Shown here in pieces: positions 17,725 through 26,508 of a DNA stretch of 35,746 bases. The stretch covers positions 1-35,746 of the forward strand of contig CAUZOU010000002.1 of the NCBI GenBank assembly GCA_963581795.1, read 5' to 3'. The DNA is from Dehalococcoidia bacterium. GTDB taxonomy: Bacteria; Chloroflexota; Dehalococcoidia; Lucifugimonadales; UBA2985. Position 1 is the first letter of the stretch. Each line of letters starts with the position of its first letter. A program made the position numbers and the translations under genes. The notes under the pieces were generated by a model. That model saw nothing but the letters and a program-made list of their open reading frames with translations, was not told where the DNA came from and searched no databases.

Positions 17725-20037
17725 ATGCAAAGAACTCTTAGCCGTTACATACTACTTGAACAGGTTGGCAGTAGTGGCCTAGCGACGGTATACAAGGCCC
17801 AGGACCCCAGTCATGACAAATTTGTGGCCATGAAGGTTCTGCGCCCCTTTATGAGCACCGACGAGGCCCTGCTGGACAAGTTCTCGCAGGATATAGAACG
17901 AGTAGCCAAATTGAGCCACCCAAATATCCTGCCCGTCTACGGGAAAGAAAACGTGGGAGATACGCACTGGGTGGCAATGGAGTATACATCTTGGCCTACC
18001 CTAAGGCACTGGCTACAACAGCCTATTCCAGCGGCACAGGCGATGATGATCCTGCGTCAGGTCGCGGCGGCTATTGAAGCCGCTCAACTTGAAGGGATAT
18101 ATCACGGAGACATAAAGCCAGGCAATATATTCCTGGACACTGAGACGGGACATGTGATGCTGAGTGATTTCGGTATAACCATGCTGGGCGAGGGCGCACC
18201 CCCCGGGATGCGAACGTCGCTCAGGACGCCCCTGGCCACCTATACGGCCCCGGAACAGGGCCAGGGGTCGACTCCAAATGCCATTTCCGACATCTACTCC
18301 CTTGGAGTACTTGCCTACGATATGCTGACAGGGACGGTCCCATTCAACGCCCTTGACCGTTCCTCTGTGCAAGCAAGGCAGTTGATTTCCGCACCTCCTA
18401 TACCAAGTGAGGTGAACCCGAATATCCCGCAGCAACTGGATGCCATAATCCTGAAGGCACTGGCTCCCCACCCGGAGCGGCGCTACCAGACTGCCGGAGA
18501 GTTCATTGCGGCGCTGGCGGCAGCGTCTCCCCTGCCGGAAGAAAATGTCACGTCCTTTAGGATTGCAGCCGGTTCAGAACCCCAAACGGTGTTGCCTGGC
18601 ATGGAACCTGTGGGATCAATGCCGCTGGCAGAAGACCGTCCTATGGTTATTTGCACGATCTGTGGACACAACAATTATGTCGGGGCAACATGGTGCACCG
18701 AATGCTGGGGCGTACTAAACCGCATGGTAACAGTTCCGGGCAAGCCGGCCCTCTCTTGGGAAGAGAGGGCATTTAGGAGGAAGAAGTCATCCAGAATACG
18801 GCGCAGCATTCTGGGTTCGGGTATGGCCGCGATAGGAGTGGTTCTAGCAGTCCAATTCTTGAATATCACTCTTCCACTACCTACGCCATCGTCCACAATC
18901 AGCTCTGAATCAGGCCCCGGGGAGTGGGCCATGATACACAGGAGCTTTGAGGGCTCAGGAGTTGTCCCTGGAGAAAGTGCCGATATTGACGGCAGGATAA
19001 AGTGGACGTTTGAGACCGGTGACCCAATAGTTTCCAACCCTGCGATAAAGGACAACAGAGTATATCTCAGCACCCAGGACAATAGGGTGGTGGCCCTGGA
19101 TGCATCTACAGGAGACCTTATCTGGGAGCATAAGACCGTAACGGCAGTGCAGTCATCACCGGCGGTGGCTGGAGACATGGTCTTCTTTGGAGCGCGGAAT
19201 AGAAAAGTAATAGCGCTTGACGCCTTTACCGGCAATACGCTGTGGGAGTTTGCCACGGAGAACAATCCCACAACAGGCTCGCCAATAGTGAAGGACGGAG
19301 TGGTGTATATAGGTTCAGGCGACGGCCGTATCTACGCCCTAGACGCGCTGACCGGAACCGAGCGGTGGTCACAGCTGGACGCCCTTGACTGGATTACCAA
19401 CACGCCCGCACTGTCCGACAACATCCTGGTAGTATCCTCGCTTGACGGCTGGGTGAGAACCTACGATACAAATACAGGCAAGAAGCGGTTCTCGTTCAGC
19501 GGCTTTAATCGGCTGATTATGGGATCTCCAATAATCATGGGAGAAACTATATATGTCCCCTATCAAAACGGCCTTTTGGCCTCCATGAAACTGAAGGAAA
19601 CGGAAGTGCTCTTTCAGAGCAGGTGGTACAGAGGCGCGCTTCAACTATGGTTTTGGGGCATGATAGACCACCCAGGGCTTCCCAAGGGCGTGAACTGGGT
19701 CAAACGGATTGGTGGCACAATTAACTCAACTCCAGCGGCTGATGAAAACAAGATTTACGTCCCCACCGAAGGCGGGCAGCTCCACGCCATAGACAGGTTC
19801 ACTGGAAAGCGTCTATGGATCTTTGACTCTGAAACGGATAACGTATCCATGCCAACACTGGTGGAAGACGTCCTTCTTTTGAGCGATAGTGATGGGGCGC
19901 TTCGAGCCTTGGACAGGGACAGTGGTAAGGAGCAGTGGTCACTGCAAATTGCCGAAGGTATCACATCCACGCCTGTGCTGGCCGGCGGCACCCTGTATCT
20001 TGCCTCTGAGGACGGTACGCTCTACGCCGTGGAGTGA
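17725..20037 (+). CDS. Membrane Ser/Thr protein kinase with CxxC-CxxC zinc ribbon, one TM segment and an extracytoplasmic PQQ-like beta-propeller
   Basis: Hanks kinase blocks are GSSGLATVYKA, VAMKV, YHGDIKPGNIFL, SDFG and TAPE. Then come CTICGHNNYVGATWCTECWG, the TM segment ILGSGMAAIGVVLAVQFL, and repeated ..VY.....G.l.ALDa.TG...W propeller blades. The start is placed at ATG 17725. The track ORF begins at GTG 17668. Confidence 0.85.
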   Translation: MQRTLSRYILLEQVGSSGLATVYKAQDPSHDKFVAMKVLRPFMSTDEALLDKFSQDIERVAKLSHPNILPVYGKENVGDTHWVAMEYTSWPTLRHWLQQPIPAAQAMMILRQVAAAIEAAQLEGIYHGDIKPGNIFLDTETGHVMLSDFGITMLGEGAPPGMRTSLRTPLATYTAPEQGQGSTPNAISDIYSLGVLAYDMLTGTVPFNALDRSSVQARQLISAPPIPSEVNPNIPQQLDAIILKALAPHPERRYQTAGEFIAALAAASPLPEENVTSFRIAAGSEPQTVLPGMEPVGSMPLAEDRPMVICTICGHNNYVGATWCTECWGVLNRMVTVPGKPALSWEERAFRRKKSSRIRRSILGSGMAAIGVVLAVQFLNITLPLPTPSSTISSESGPGEWAMIHRSFEGSGVVPGESADIDGRIKWTFETGDPIVSNPAIKDNRVYLSTQDNRVVALDASTGDLIWEHKTVTAVQSSPAVAGDMVFFGARNRKVIALDAFTGNTLWEFATENNPTTGSPIVKDGVVYIGSGDGRIYALDALTGTERWSQLDALDWITNTPALSDNILVVSSLDGWVRTYDTNTGKKRFSFSGFNRLIMGSPIIMGETIYVPYQNGLLASMKLKETEVLFQSRWYRGALQLWFWGMIDHPGLPKGVNWVKRIGGTINSTPAADENKIYVPTEGGQLHAIDRFTGKRLWIFDSETDNVSMPTLVEDVLLLSDSDGALRALDRDSGKEQWSLQIAEGITSTPVLAGGTLYLASEDGTLYAVE

Positions 20038-20041
20038 TTAT

Positions 20042-20060
20042 TTTTTGCAAATTGCAAAAA
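20042..20060. promoter_or_regulatory. Perfect 9 bp inverted repeat TTTTTGCAA-a-TTGCAAAAA in an AT-rich spacer
   Basis: Read directly from the sequence. It lies 5 nt after the kinase stop and 50 nt before the ychF ATG. It could be a weak bidirectional terminator hairpin or an operator overlapping a TTGCAA -35-like hexamer. Confidence 0.3.
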
Positions 20061-20109
20061 GATACATATACAAGAATATACTTTTATAAAAAATGGAAAA
20101 TGCAGAAAA

Positions 20110-21210
20110 ATGGAAATAGGAATTGTCGGCCTTCCAAAGTCAGGCAAAACTACCGTTTTCAACGCCCTTAGCAGAGGTGATGCAGACATAAATCCATCGT
20201 CCGCATCAGCGACCAAGCCAAACCTTGGAATAGCGAAGGTCAAGGACTCACGGCTGAGACCGCTGGAGGACATGTTCCACCCCAAGAAGACGGTGCCAGC
20301 AGAGGTCAAGTACATAGACTTCCCAAAGGCACCCGAAGGGCTTGCAAAGTCACAGGGTATAGCAGGAGAGTTCCTAAACCTGCTCCAAAAAACGGACGCG
20401 CTGCTCCACGTTGTCAGAGCCTTCCAGGACCCGTCTGTACCTCATCTTGAGGGAGGAGTCGAACCACACCGTGACCTGGCTACCATGGACCTTGAACTGG
20501 CCTTTGCAGACCTGGCTATTCTGGAGCGAAGGGTGGAGCGGCTTGAAAGTGAGCTGAAAAGCGTCAAAGCTGCCGAAAGAGACGGTAAGCTACGAGAGCA
20601 CGCTGCCCTGGACAGGATCAAGGGTGAGCTGGAGAATGAGGTGCCGATACGGGAGCAGCAACTTTCCGACGAGGAAACCAAGATCCTGGCGAACTTTCAG
20701 TTCCTGACAGCAAAGCCAATGCTGATTGTCTGGAACATTGGGGAAAATGACGTGACGCAGGCGTCTGAGTTGGAAGAGAAGCTGAGACAACAGTACTCCA
20801 AGCCTGGTGTGGAGATTGTCGCTCTGTGCGGTAAGCTGGAGATGGACTTAACCGATATGGATGACGAGGAATCAGAGGAGTTCCGCAAGGACATGGGTCT
20901 GCAGGAGCCAGGACTTCAACGTGCAATCAGTTCATCCTACCAGCTTCTTGGGCTGGTGTCATTCTTCACCGTCGGCGCCGACGAGGTTAGGGCATGGACC
21001 ATCGACAGGGACATTCCTGCCGTCAAGGCAGCATCGAAAATTCACACGGATATAGAGAGAGGGTTCATCCGCGCCGAGATAATCTCGTATGACCACCTAC
21101 TTGTGTGCGGCAGCCTTGCCGAGGGGAAGAAGAAGGGACTGCTCCGCCTTGAGGGCAAAACATACAAGGTCCAAGATGGCGACATCATCAATTTCCTTTT
21201 TAACGTTTGA
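20110..21210 (+). CDS. ychF: Ribosome-binding ATPase YchF
   Basis: 366 aa with GIVGLPKSGKTTVFNAL, a central coiled-coil insertion and a C-terminal TGS-like block (GFIRAEI...YKVQDGDII.F.FNV). Confidence 0.95.
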   Translation: MEIGIVGLPKSGKTTVFNALSRGDADINPSSASATKPNLGIAKVKDSRLRPLEDMFHPKKTVPAEVKYIDFPKAPEGLAKSQGIAGEFLNLLQKTDALLHVVRAFQDPSVPHLEGGVEPHRDLATMDLELAFADLAILERRVERLESELKSVKAAERDGKLREHAALDRIKGELENEVPIREQQLSDEETKILANFQFLTAKPMLIVWNIGENDVTQASELEEKLRQQYSKPGVEIVALCGKLEMDLTDMDDEESEEFRKDMGLQEPGLQRAISSSYQLLGLVSFFTVGADEVRAWTIDRDIPAVKAASKIHTDIERGFIRAEIISYDHLLVCGSLAEGKKKGLLRLEGKTYKVQDGDIINFLFNV

Positions 21211-21222
21211 TTTCCCTGTAAG

Positions 21223-21243
21223 AATTCTGCTCAGAGCAGGATT
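21223..21243 (+). terminator. Hairpin AAUUCUGCU-CAG-AGCAGGAUU after ychF (weak terminator or attenuator candidate)
   Basis: A 9 bp stem with one G-U pair and a 3 nt loop. It begins 13 nt after the ychF stop. It is followed only by a short U run (UUUC), so termination strength is doubtful. Confidence 0.25.
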
Positions 21244-21270
21244 TCACAAGACTAATATGGACTCTCGGCT

Positions 21271-22509
21271 ATGAATAGAAGCCCGACCTCATCTGACTCC
21301 GTATGGAGTCGCGAGTCCGCCCTGCCAGCCCAGATAGCCCTATACATCCACATACCCTTCTGCCAAACCAAGTGCCCCTACTGCGACTTCAACACGTACG
21401 CGGGAATTGAGCCCCTGATACCCAGCTACATCGAGGCCCTGACCACGGAGATACGGCACTGGGGCGCTCTTTTGTGCAAGCCTGAGGTGAGCACCATATT
21501 CTTCGGCGGAGGGACGCCATCCTATGTGCCTGGGCAGTCAATTGAGTTAATTCTGAAAGCGACTCAAGACGCATTCCATGTGATGGATGACGCCGAAATT
21601 ACCATGGAAGCCAACCCAGGCGATTTACTTGCAAATGACGTTGAGCGCCTTACAAAGCTGGGTATTAATCGCCTGAGCATTGGGACTCAGAGCCTGGATG
21701 ATTCTCTGCTGAAGGTTTTAGGAAGAAGGCATTCCTCGCAGGAGGCGGTCGAAGCATACGGGGCTGTTCGAAGGGCGGGGTTTGCAAATGTCAGCCTGGA
21801 CCTGATGTACGGCCTACCAGGTCAGACCATGCAGCAATGGCAGGATTCCTTGGAAAAGGTACTTTCTCTGTCGCCTGAGCACCTTTCGTTATACTGCCTC
21901 ACGCTGGAAGAGGGCACGCCGATGGAGCGGCAGGTACGGTTGGGGGAGACGCCTGAGTCCGACCCTGACCTGGCCGCGGACATGTACCTACTGGCTGAGG
22001 AACTCCTGAAGCAGGCCGGATACGGCCATTACGAGATTTCCAACTGGGCTTTTCCTGAAAAGGAGAGCATGCACAACCTGACCTACTGGCATAACCAGCC
22101 TTACCTTGGAGTGGGCCCAGGAGCACACTCGTACCTAGGCAAGTGGCGGTTCAATAATATCAACTCGCCGCGGGAGTACATTAGGCGGTTTGGTAATTTC
22201 TCCAAAGCTGAATCTTCCCTCGATGTCTTATCGTCTGAGGTCATAAGCCAAGTGCCCACCGTGGGAGACGTTGAGACGATAGAGCAGCCTATGGAGATGG
22301 CAGAGACGATGATGCTTGGGCTGAGATTGGCGGAGGGGATGAGCCTCGATGGTTTTGCCGCGCGCTTCGGCAGGTCGCTGTCATCGGTTTACGGGGAGCA
22401 GATACAGGAGTTGACCTCGTTAAAGCTGTTGGAACAGAGGGGAGATGTGATCCACCTCACAGACCGTGGACGGCTCCTTGGCAACGAGGTGTTTTTGCGT
22501 TTCTTTTAG
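21271..22509 (+). CDS. hemW: Radical SAM heme chaperone HemW (oxygen-independent coproporphyrinogen oxidase-like)
   Basis: 412 aa with LYIHIPFCQTKCPYCDF, FFGGGTPS and a C-terminal HemN_C-like region. Confidence 0.9.
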   Translation: MNRSPTSSDSVWSRESALPAQIALYIHIPFCQTKCPYCDFNTYAGIEPLIPSYIEALTTEIRHWGALLCKPEVSTIFFGGGTPSYVPGQSIELILKATQDAFHVMDDAEITMEANPGDLLANDVERLTKLGINRLSIGTQSLDDSLLKVLGRRHSSQEAVEAYGAVRRAGFANVSLDLMYGLPGQTMQQWQDSLEKVLSLSPEHLSLYCLTLEEGTPMERQVRLGETPESDPDLAADMYLLAEELLKQAGYGHYEISNWAFPEKESMHNLTYWHNQPYLGVGPGAHSYLGKWRFNNINSPREYIRRFGNFSKAESSLDVLSSEVISQVPTVGDVETIEQPMEMAETMMLGLRLAEGMSLDGFAARFGRSLSSVYGEQIQELTSLKLLEQRGDVIHLTDRGRLLGNEVFLRFF

Positions 22510-22603
22510 GTTCTTTGTAGAGACTACTCTCTCAAATTAATACTCCCATCTCCACTGACCATGTGCTATGCTGATTCCAAACACCCGTTCACGAGTCTTT
22601 TCT

Positions 22604-24466
22604 ATGTACGTTATAGGCACCGCAGGACACGTTGATCACGGTAAGTCCACCCTAGTCCAGACCCTCACCGGCATCGACCCCGACCGCCTCCGTGAAGAGA
22701 AGGAACGGGGCATGACCATCGAGCTAGGTTTCGCCTGGCTCACGCTGCCGAGCGGCCAGGAGGTGAGCATCGTGGACGTGCCCGGACACGAGCGGTTCAT
22801 TAAAAACATGCTGGCCGGCGTCAGAGGCATAGACCTAGCGTTGCTGGTGGTCTCCGCCAATGAGTCGGTGATGCCGCAGACCATAGAGCATATTGCCATC
22901 CTTGACCTGCTTCATGTGAAAAATGGGCTGGCGGTCATAGCAAAGAAGGACCTTGTTGACGAGGAGATGCTGGAACTGGTGATGGCCGAGGTGGAGGACG
23001 CGCTAAAGGGCACCACCATGCAAGGAGCGCCCATGGTGACCGTGTCCGCGATGACGGGCGAGGGTCTTTCAGAATTACTGGAGACCCTCGACACTCTTCT
23101 GCAAACCACGGAGGCACGTAAGGACTCTGGTAGGCCGCGCCTGTCCATAGACCGTTCATTCACCATGTCTGGCTTCGGAACAGTAGTCACTGGCACGCTG
23201 ATAGACGGATCGCTGTCCGTTGGTACGGAGGTGGAGATACTTCCGTCTGGCAAGGTGTCCCGAATACGGGGACTCCAGAGCCATCGCCAGAAGATAGAGA
23301 CGGCATCGCCAGGACGGCGGCTGGCGGTGAACCTGTCTGGAGTGTCGCACGATGAGATAGAGAGAGGCGAAGTGCTCACAATCCCAGGGTGGCTCCGGCC
23401 CACCATCGCGACCGATGTGCGCCTTCACCTACTGCCAGATGCCCCAAGGGGACTGAAACACAACGGCTCTGTGACATTCCATACAGGCGCTACGGAGACT
23501 GTCGCTCGCGTGCGCCTACTGGAGCAAGACTTTGTGAGTCCGGGGGAGGAGACATGGGCGCAGGTGCGCCTAGATAACCCCCTTACGCTGGTAAAGGGGG
23601 ATTATTTTGTAATACGTTCCTCGAACACTACTTTGGGAGGGGGTACAGTGTTGGACCCTTACGCCAAACGTCACCGCCGCCGTCATTCACCGACCATAGA
23701 GCGGCTGGATGTTATGGAACTCGGCACACAGGATGAGGTGCTTGTCCAGGCGCTACAGTCCTCGGAACCGTGCAGTCTTCAGTCGGTGGCCGACCGCGCC
23801 AACCTCTCGATGGAGGAGACCAAGAGCCTAGTGGAGCAACTGGCCTCTAACAAGGGCGTAATAGTGCTTGGGGCCAATGCCATCACCCCGAGATCTCTAG
23901 TCTACTCGGCGGTTGGCTGGGCGGCCCTTGTGAGTAAGTGTAGAAATGCCCTGGAGGACTACCACAGAGATCATCCACTTCGCAGCGGCATCCAGAAGGA
24001 AGAGTTGCGAAGCCGTTTGAGTCTTTCGGGCCAGGAGTTCACGCTTGTTCTGCTACGCTTGGTGGAAGAGGGGGCCGTAGTAGAGGAGCCGAACGCGGTC
24101 CGCCTGCCACAGCATCAGGTGTCGTTGGACGCCACACAGGCCAAGTTTATTGAACGATACGTGAGCCAGCTACAGTCAGATCCATATTCGCCGCCAACGG
24201 ATGCAAGCCTGGACGGCGACCTGCTCGCCATGCTGGTGAGCGAAGGCCGTGTAATCAAGGTGAGTGAGGCTGTAGTCTACGACGCGGGTGCATATCATGA
24301 GATGGTGGATAAGATAGTGTCCACGATCAAGGAGCAGGGCAAGATCAACGTTGCACAGGTACGCGATCAGTTCCAGACCAGTCGCAAATACGCGCTATCA
24401 CTGCTTGAGTACCTTGACCAACAGCGCGTTACACGCCGGGTTGGTGATGACCGCGTGCTGAGGTGA
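22604..24466 (+). CDS. selB: Selenocysteine-specific translation elongation factor SelB
   Basis: It has an EF-Tu-like GTPase domain ([25 protein letters not shown]) and beta-barrel domains. The roughly 250 aa C-terminal winged-helix extension is typical of bacterial SelB. The start is set at MYVIGTAGH (ATG 22604). The track ORF starts at 22568. Confidence 0.88.
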   Translation: MYVIGTAGHVDHGKSTLVQTLTGIDPDRLREEKERGMTIELGFAWLTLPSGQEVSIVDVPGHERFIKNMLAGVRGIDLALLVVSANESVMPQTIEHIAILDLLHVKNGLAVIAKKDLVDEEMLELVMAEVEDALKGTTMQGAPMVTVSAMTGEGLSELLETLDTLLQTTEARKDSGRPRLSIDRSFTMSGFGTVVTGTLIDGSLSVGTEVEILPSGKVSRIRGLQSHRQKIETASPGRRLAVNLSGVSHDEIERGEVLTIPGWLRPTIATDVRLHLLPDAPRGLKHNGSVTFHTGATETVARVRLLEQDFVSPGEETWAQVRLDNPLTLVKGDYFVIRSSNTTLGGGTVLDPYAKRHRRRHSPTIERLDVMELGTQDEVLVQALQSSEPCSLQSVADRANLSMEETKSLVEQLASNKGVIVLGANAITPRSLVYSAVGWAALVSKCRNALEDYHRDHPLRSGIQKEELRSRLSLSGQEFTLVLLRLVEEGAVVEEPNAVRLPQHQVSLDATQAKFIERYVSQLQSDPYSPPTDASLDGDLLAMLVSEGRVIKVSEAVVYDAGAYHEMVDKIVSTIKEQGKINVAQVRDQFQTSRKYALSLLEYLDQQRVTRRVGDDRVLR

Positions 24467-24520
24467 ATTCTTTAGTATCTTTGCGAGCAATAAGCTGTTA
24501 AATCAGACGAGTAGGTAAAT

Positions 24521-25732
24521 ATGTCGCTGGATTTACACAAGATCGCCGGGCAGATTCAGGATGTGGCCTCCGACCTCAATGCCAATGAGGGCGACCGCGA
24601 GTCGCGGTTGGAGCGGGCACTCAGTACCCTTACATCGGCTCAGCCTGAGGCGCTGGAGAAGAAACGTGTGAAGAGCAGGGCCAACTTTTCACCTATCGCT
24701 GGCCTCGGTGAGTCGATGGCGGGACGATATCCCTACCCTGCCCTGCCGTCGGATTACACCGTCCTTGCGGTGGACGGCTCGCATATAGACGTGGACAGAC
24801 ACCTGGCCGTCCAGTGCTACCTCATAAACATGGGCACGGTGCATATTCGATACGGCCTCAATCCCGAAGCGCGACTTGGGAGCGAGCCTCGTCTTTATAC
24901 AGATGAGGACAGCATGCACATCATAGACCCTGAGGGCAACAGGACACAGAGCCTGGAAGGCCAACTCCTGGGAGAACTGCGCGCGGTTGAAGAGTTGCGG
25001 ACGCTAGCGACCCTGGCAAAGGAAACCGACCCGGATATACCAGCCCTAGCCCTTATAGACGGCTCGCTGATACTGTGGGGACTGGTGGGACAGACATACC
25101 CGGACTTTGTTCGCAGGGTCTTGATGGACGATATTTACCTACCAGCGCTGGATGAGTTGCGCGAAATGGCAAAGCAAAGACCACTGGCACTGGCATCGTA
25201 CATCAGCCTTCCGCGCAGCGCAGATGTTGTGAATGTCTTGCGATTGGACGCCCATCAGTGCCCCTACGATGTATCCAACTGCGATGACCATTGCGGCAGC
25301 CTTCGCCCTGGGCAACGTCCCTGCGATGCCGTATCAGGAGTCGTCGATAGAGATGTACTCGGCTCATTGCTGGATGGTGAGGAAAGATCCGACTCTTTTA
25401 TCAACACTTCCGTCACCGTAGAGCGTTACTATGGAGAGCATGCGGTGCATTTCTACTATCTGAACGCTGGGGCAGAGATGGCGCGTGTGGAGGTGCCAGC
25501 GTGGGTTGCCGAGAGTCCAGAGCTACTTGAACTAAGCCACGCAATGCTGATTGACCAGTGTCGCAAGGGCCACGGCTATCCCATCGCCATATCGGAGGCA
25601 CACGAGCAGGCGGTGGTGACGACGAAAGACCGCGAGGAGTTTCAGTTGATGTTGGAAGGCGCGCTACAAGACCACCGACTGCCAGTGTACACTTCTCAAA
25701 AGAATTTTTCTAAAAGGATGAAGTGGCTTTGA
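24521..25732 (+). CDS. nurA: NurA-domain nuclease
   Basis: 403 aa. It has the two DGS-containing blocks characteristic of the NurA fold (VLAVDGSHIDVD and LALIDGSLILWG). A later acidic/His region (YPIAISEAHEQAVV) is also present. It lies immediately upstream of HAS-barrel and HerA-type genes. Confidence 0.72.
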   Translation: MSLDLHKIAGQIQDVASDLNANEGDRESRLERALSTLTSAQPEALEKKRVKSRANFSPIAGLGESMAGRYPYPALPSDYTVLAVDGSHIDVDRHLAVQCYLINMGTVHIRYGLNPEARLGSEPRLYTDEDSMHIIDPEGNRTQSLEGQLLGELRAVEELRTLATLAKETDPDIPALALIDGSLILWGLVGQTYPDFVRRVLMDDIYLPALDELREMAKQRPLALASYISLPRSADVVNVLRLDAHQCPYDVSNCDDHCGSLRPGQRPCDAVSGVVDRDVLGSLLDGEERSDSFINTSVTVERYYGEHAVHFYYLNAGAEMARVEVPAWVAESPELLELSHAMLIDQCRKGHGYPIAISEAHEQAVVTTKDREEFQLMLEGALQDHRLPVYTSQKNFSKRMKWL

Positions 25733-25736
25733 TTTC

Positions 25737-26357
25737 TTGGCCCTAAAAGATGGACTTATAATGAACCTGGATAACAACGAAACCCGGCTTGGAGAGGTGG
25801 TGGAGACATCCACGACTGGATTTGTGACCCAGTGCTACCAGCTTTATGGAGCGCCAGCGTTGGGAGCGCTGGTAAAGTCGGGTGGCCCACACCCTGCCTA
25901 TGGCGTGGTGCACCACGTGGCTACGCAGGGAATCGACCCGACCCGGAGGCCGGTGGCAAGGGGCCAGAATGAGGCCACCGAGGAAGATGTTTACAAAAGC
26001 AATCCGCAACTTGCGCATCTGCTTCGTACGGACTTCCAGGCCGTCGTCGTTGGGCACAGCACGGATGATGGCATAAGATACCACCTGCCACCAACGCCTC
26101 CTCCCATCTATGCATTTGTGCATTTGTGCTCGAACGAGGAGGTGGTCAAATTCACCGCTAACCCGGCGTTTCTCCGTCCGCTTGCTACATCGAATATCAT
26201 TGCTTTGGAAGAAGTCGTTGCTTCCTGCCTTCGATACGTGGCTTCGATGCATGAGGATACTGAGAAATTCCTCACAGGAGCAGGTAAACAACTCGCTGCC
26301 TTCTTCCCAGGCGATTTCCGACGCGTGGAGACTATTTTGCAGAGAGCAATATCATAA
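25737..26357 (+). CDS. Stand-alone HAS-barrel-like protein (paralog of the N-terminal domain of the downstream HerA-type ATPase)
   Basis: 206 aa from TTG 25737, or 198 aa from ATG 25761. There is no P-loop. RLGEVVETSTTGFVTQCYQLYGAPALGALVKS aligns with the HerA N-terminus YLGNVVGGSLNRGIEVRLDPQAPVEEMALGQHVVIQ. HLPPTPPPIYAFVHLCSNEEVVKF aligns with PLPAKTVPPHFAPVHLASKEDVEMVF. It starts 4 nt after the nurA stop. Confidence 0.55.
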   Translation: MALKDGLIMNLDNNETRLGEVVETSTTGFVTQCYQLYGAPALGALVKSGGPHPAYGVVHHVATQGIDPTRRPVARGQNEATEEDVYKSNPQLAHLLRTDFQAVVVGHSTDDGIRYHLPPTPPPIYAFVHLCSNEEVVKFTANPAFLRPLATSNIIALEEVVASCLRYVASMHEDTEKFLTGAGKQLAAFFPGDFRRVETILQRAIS

Positions 26358-26445
26358 TGCTATTACAAGAACCCTCCTCCCATGTGTACCACTCTCCCTT
26401 GAAAATGGAGAATAGAAGGAAAAGTATCTGTGGGATACCCCCAGA

Positions 26446-26480
26446 CCACTACCAGAAGGGGCTCTGCCCCCTCCAGACTC
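26446..26480. repeat. Copy B of the short GC-hairpin element (CCACTACCAGAAGGGGCTCTGCCCCCTCCAGACTC)
   Basis: See copy A. It is located in the 151 nt spacer between the HAS-barrel gene and herA. Confidence 0.35.
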
Positions 26481-26508
26481 CCCTGGTGTCAAAATTCGGG
26501 ACTATATC

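Noticed and set aside
20451-20470. GGTTCGACTCC (minus strand) resembling a tRNA T-loop.
   Set aside because: It lies inside the well-supported ychF CDS. The flanking bases do not form a T-stem or acceptor stem.
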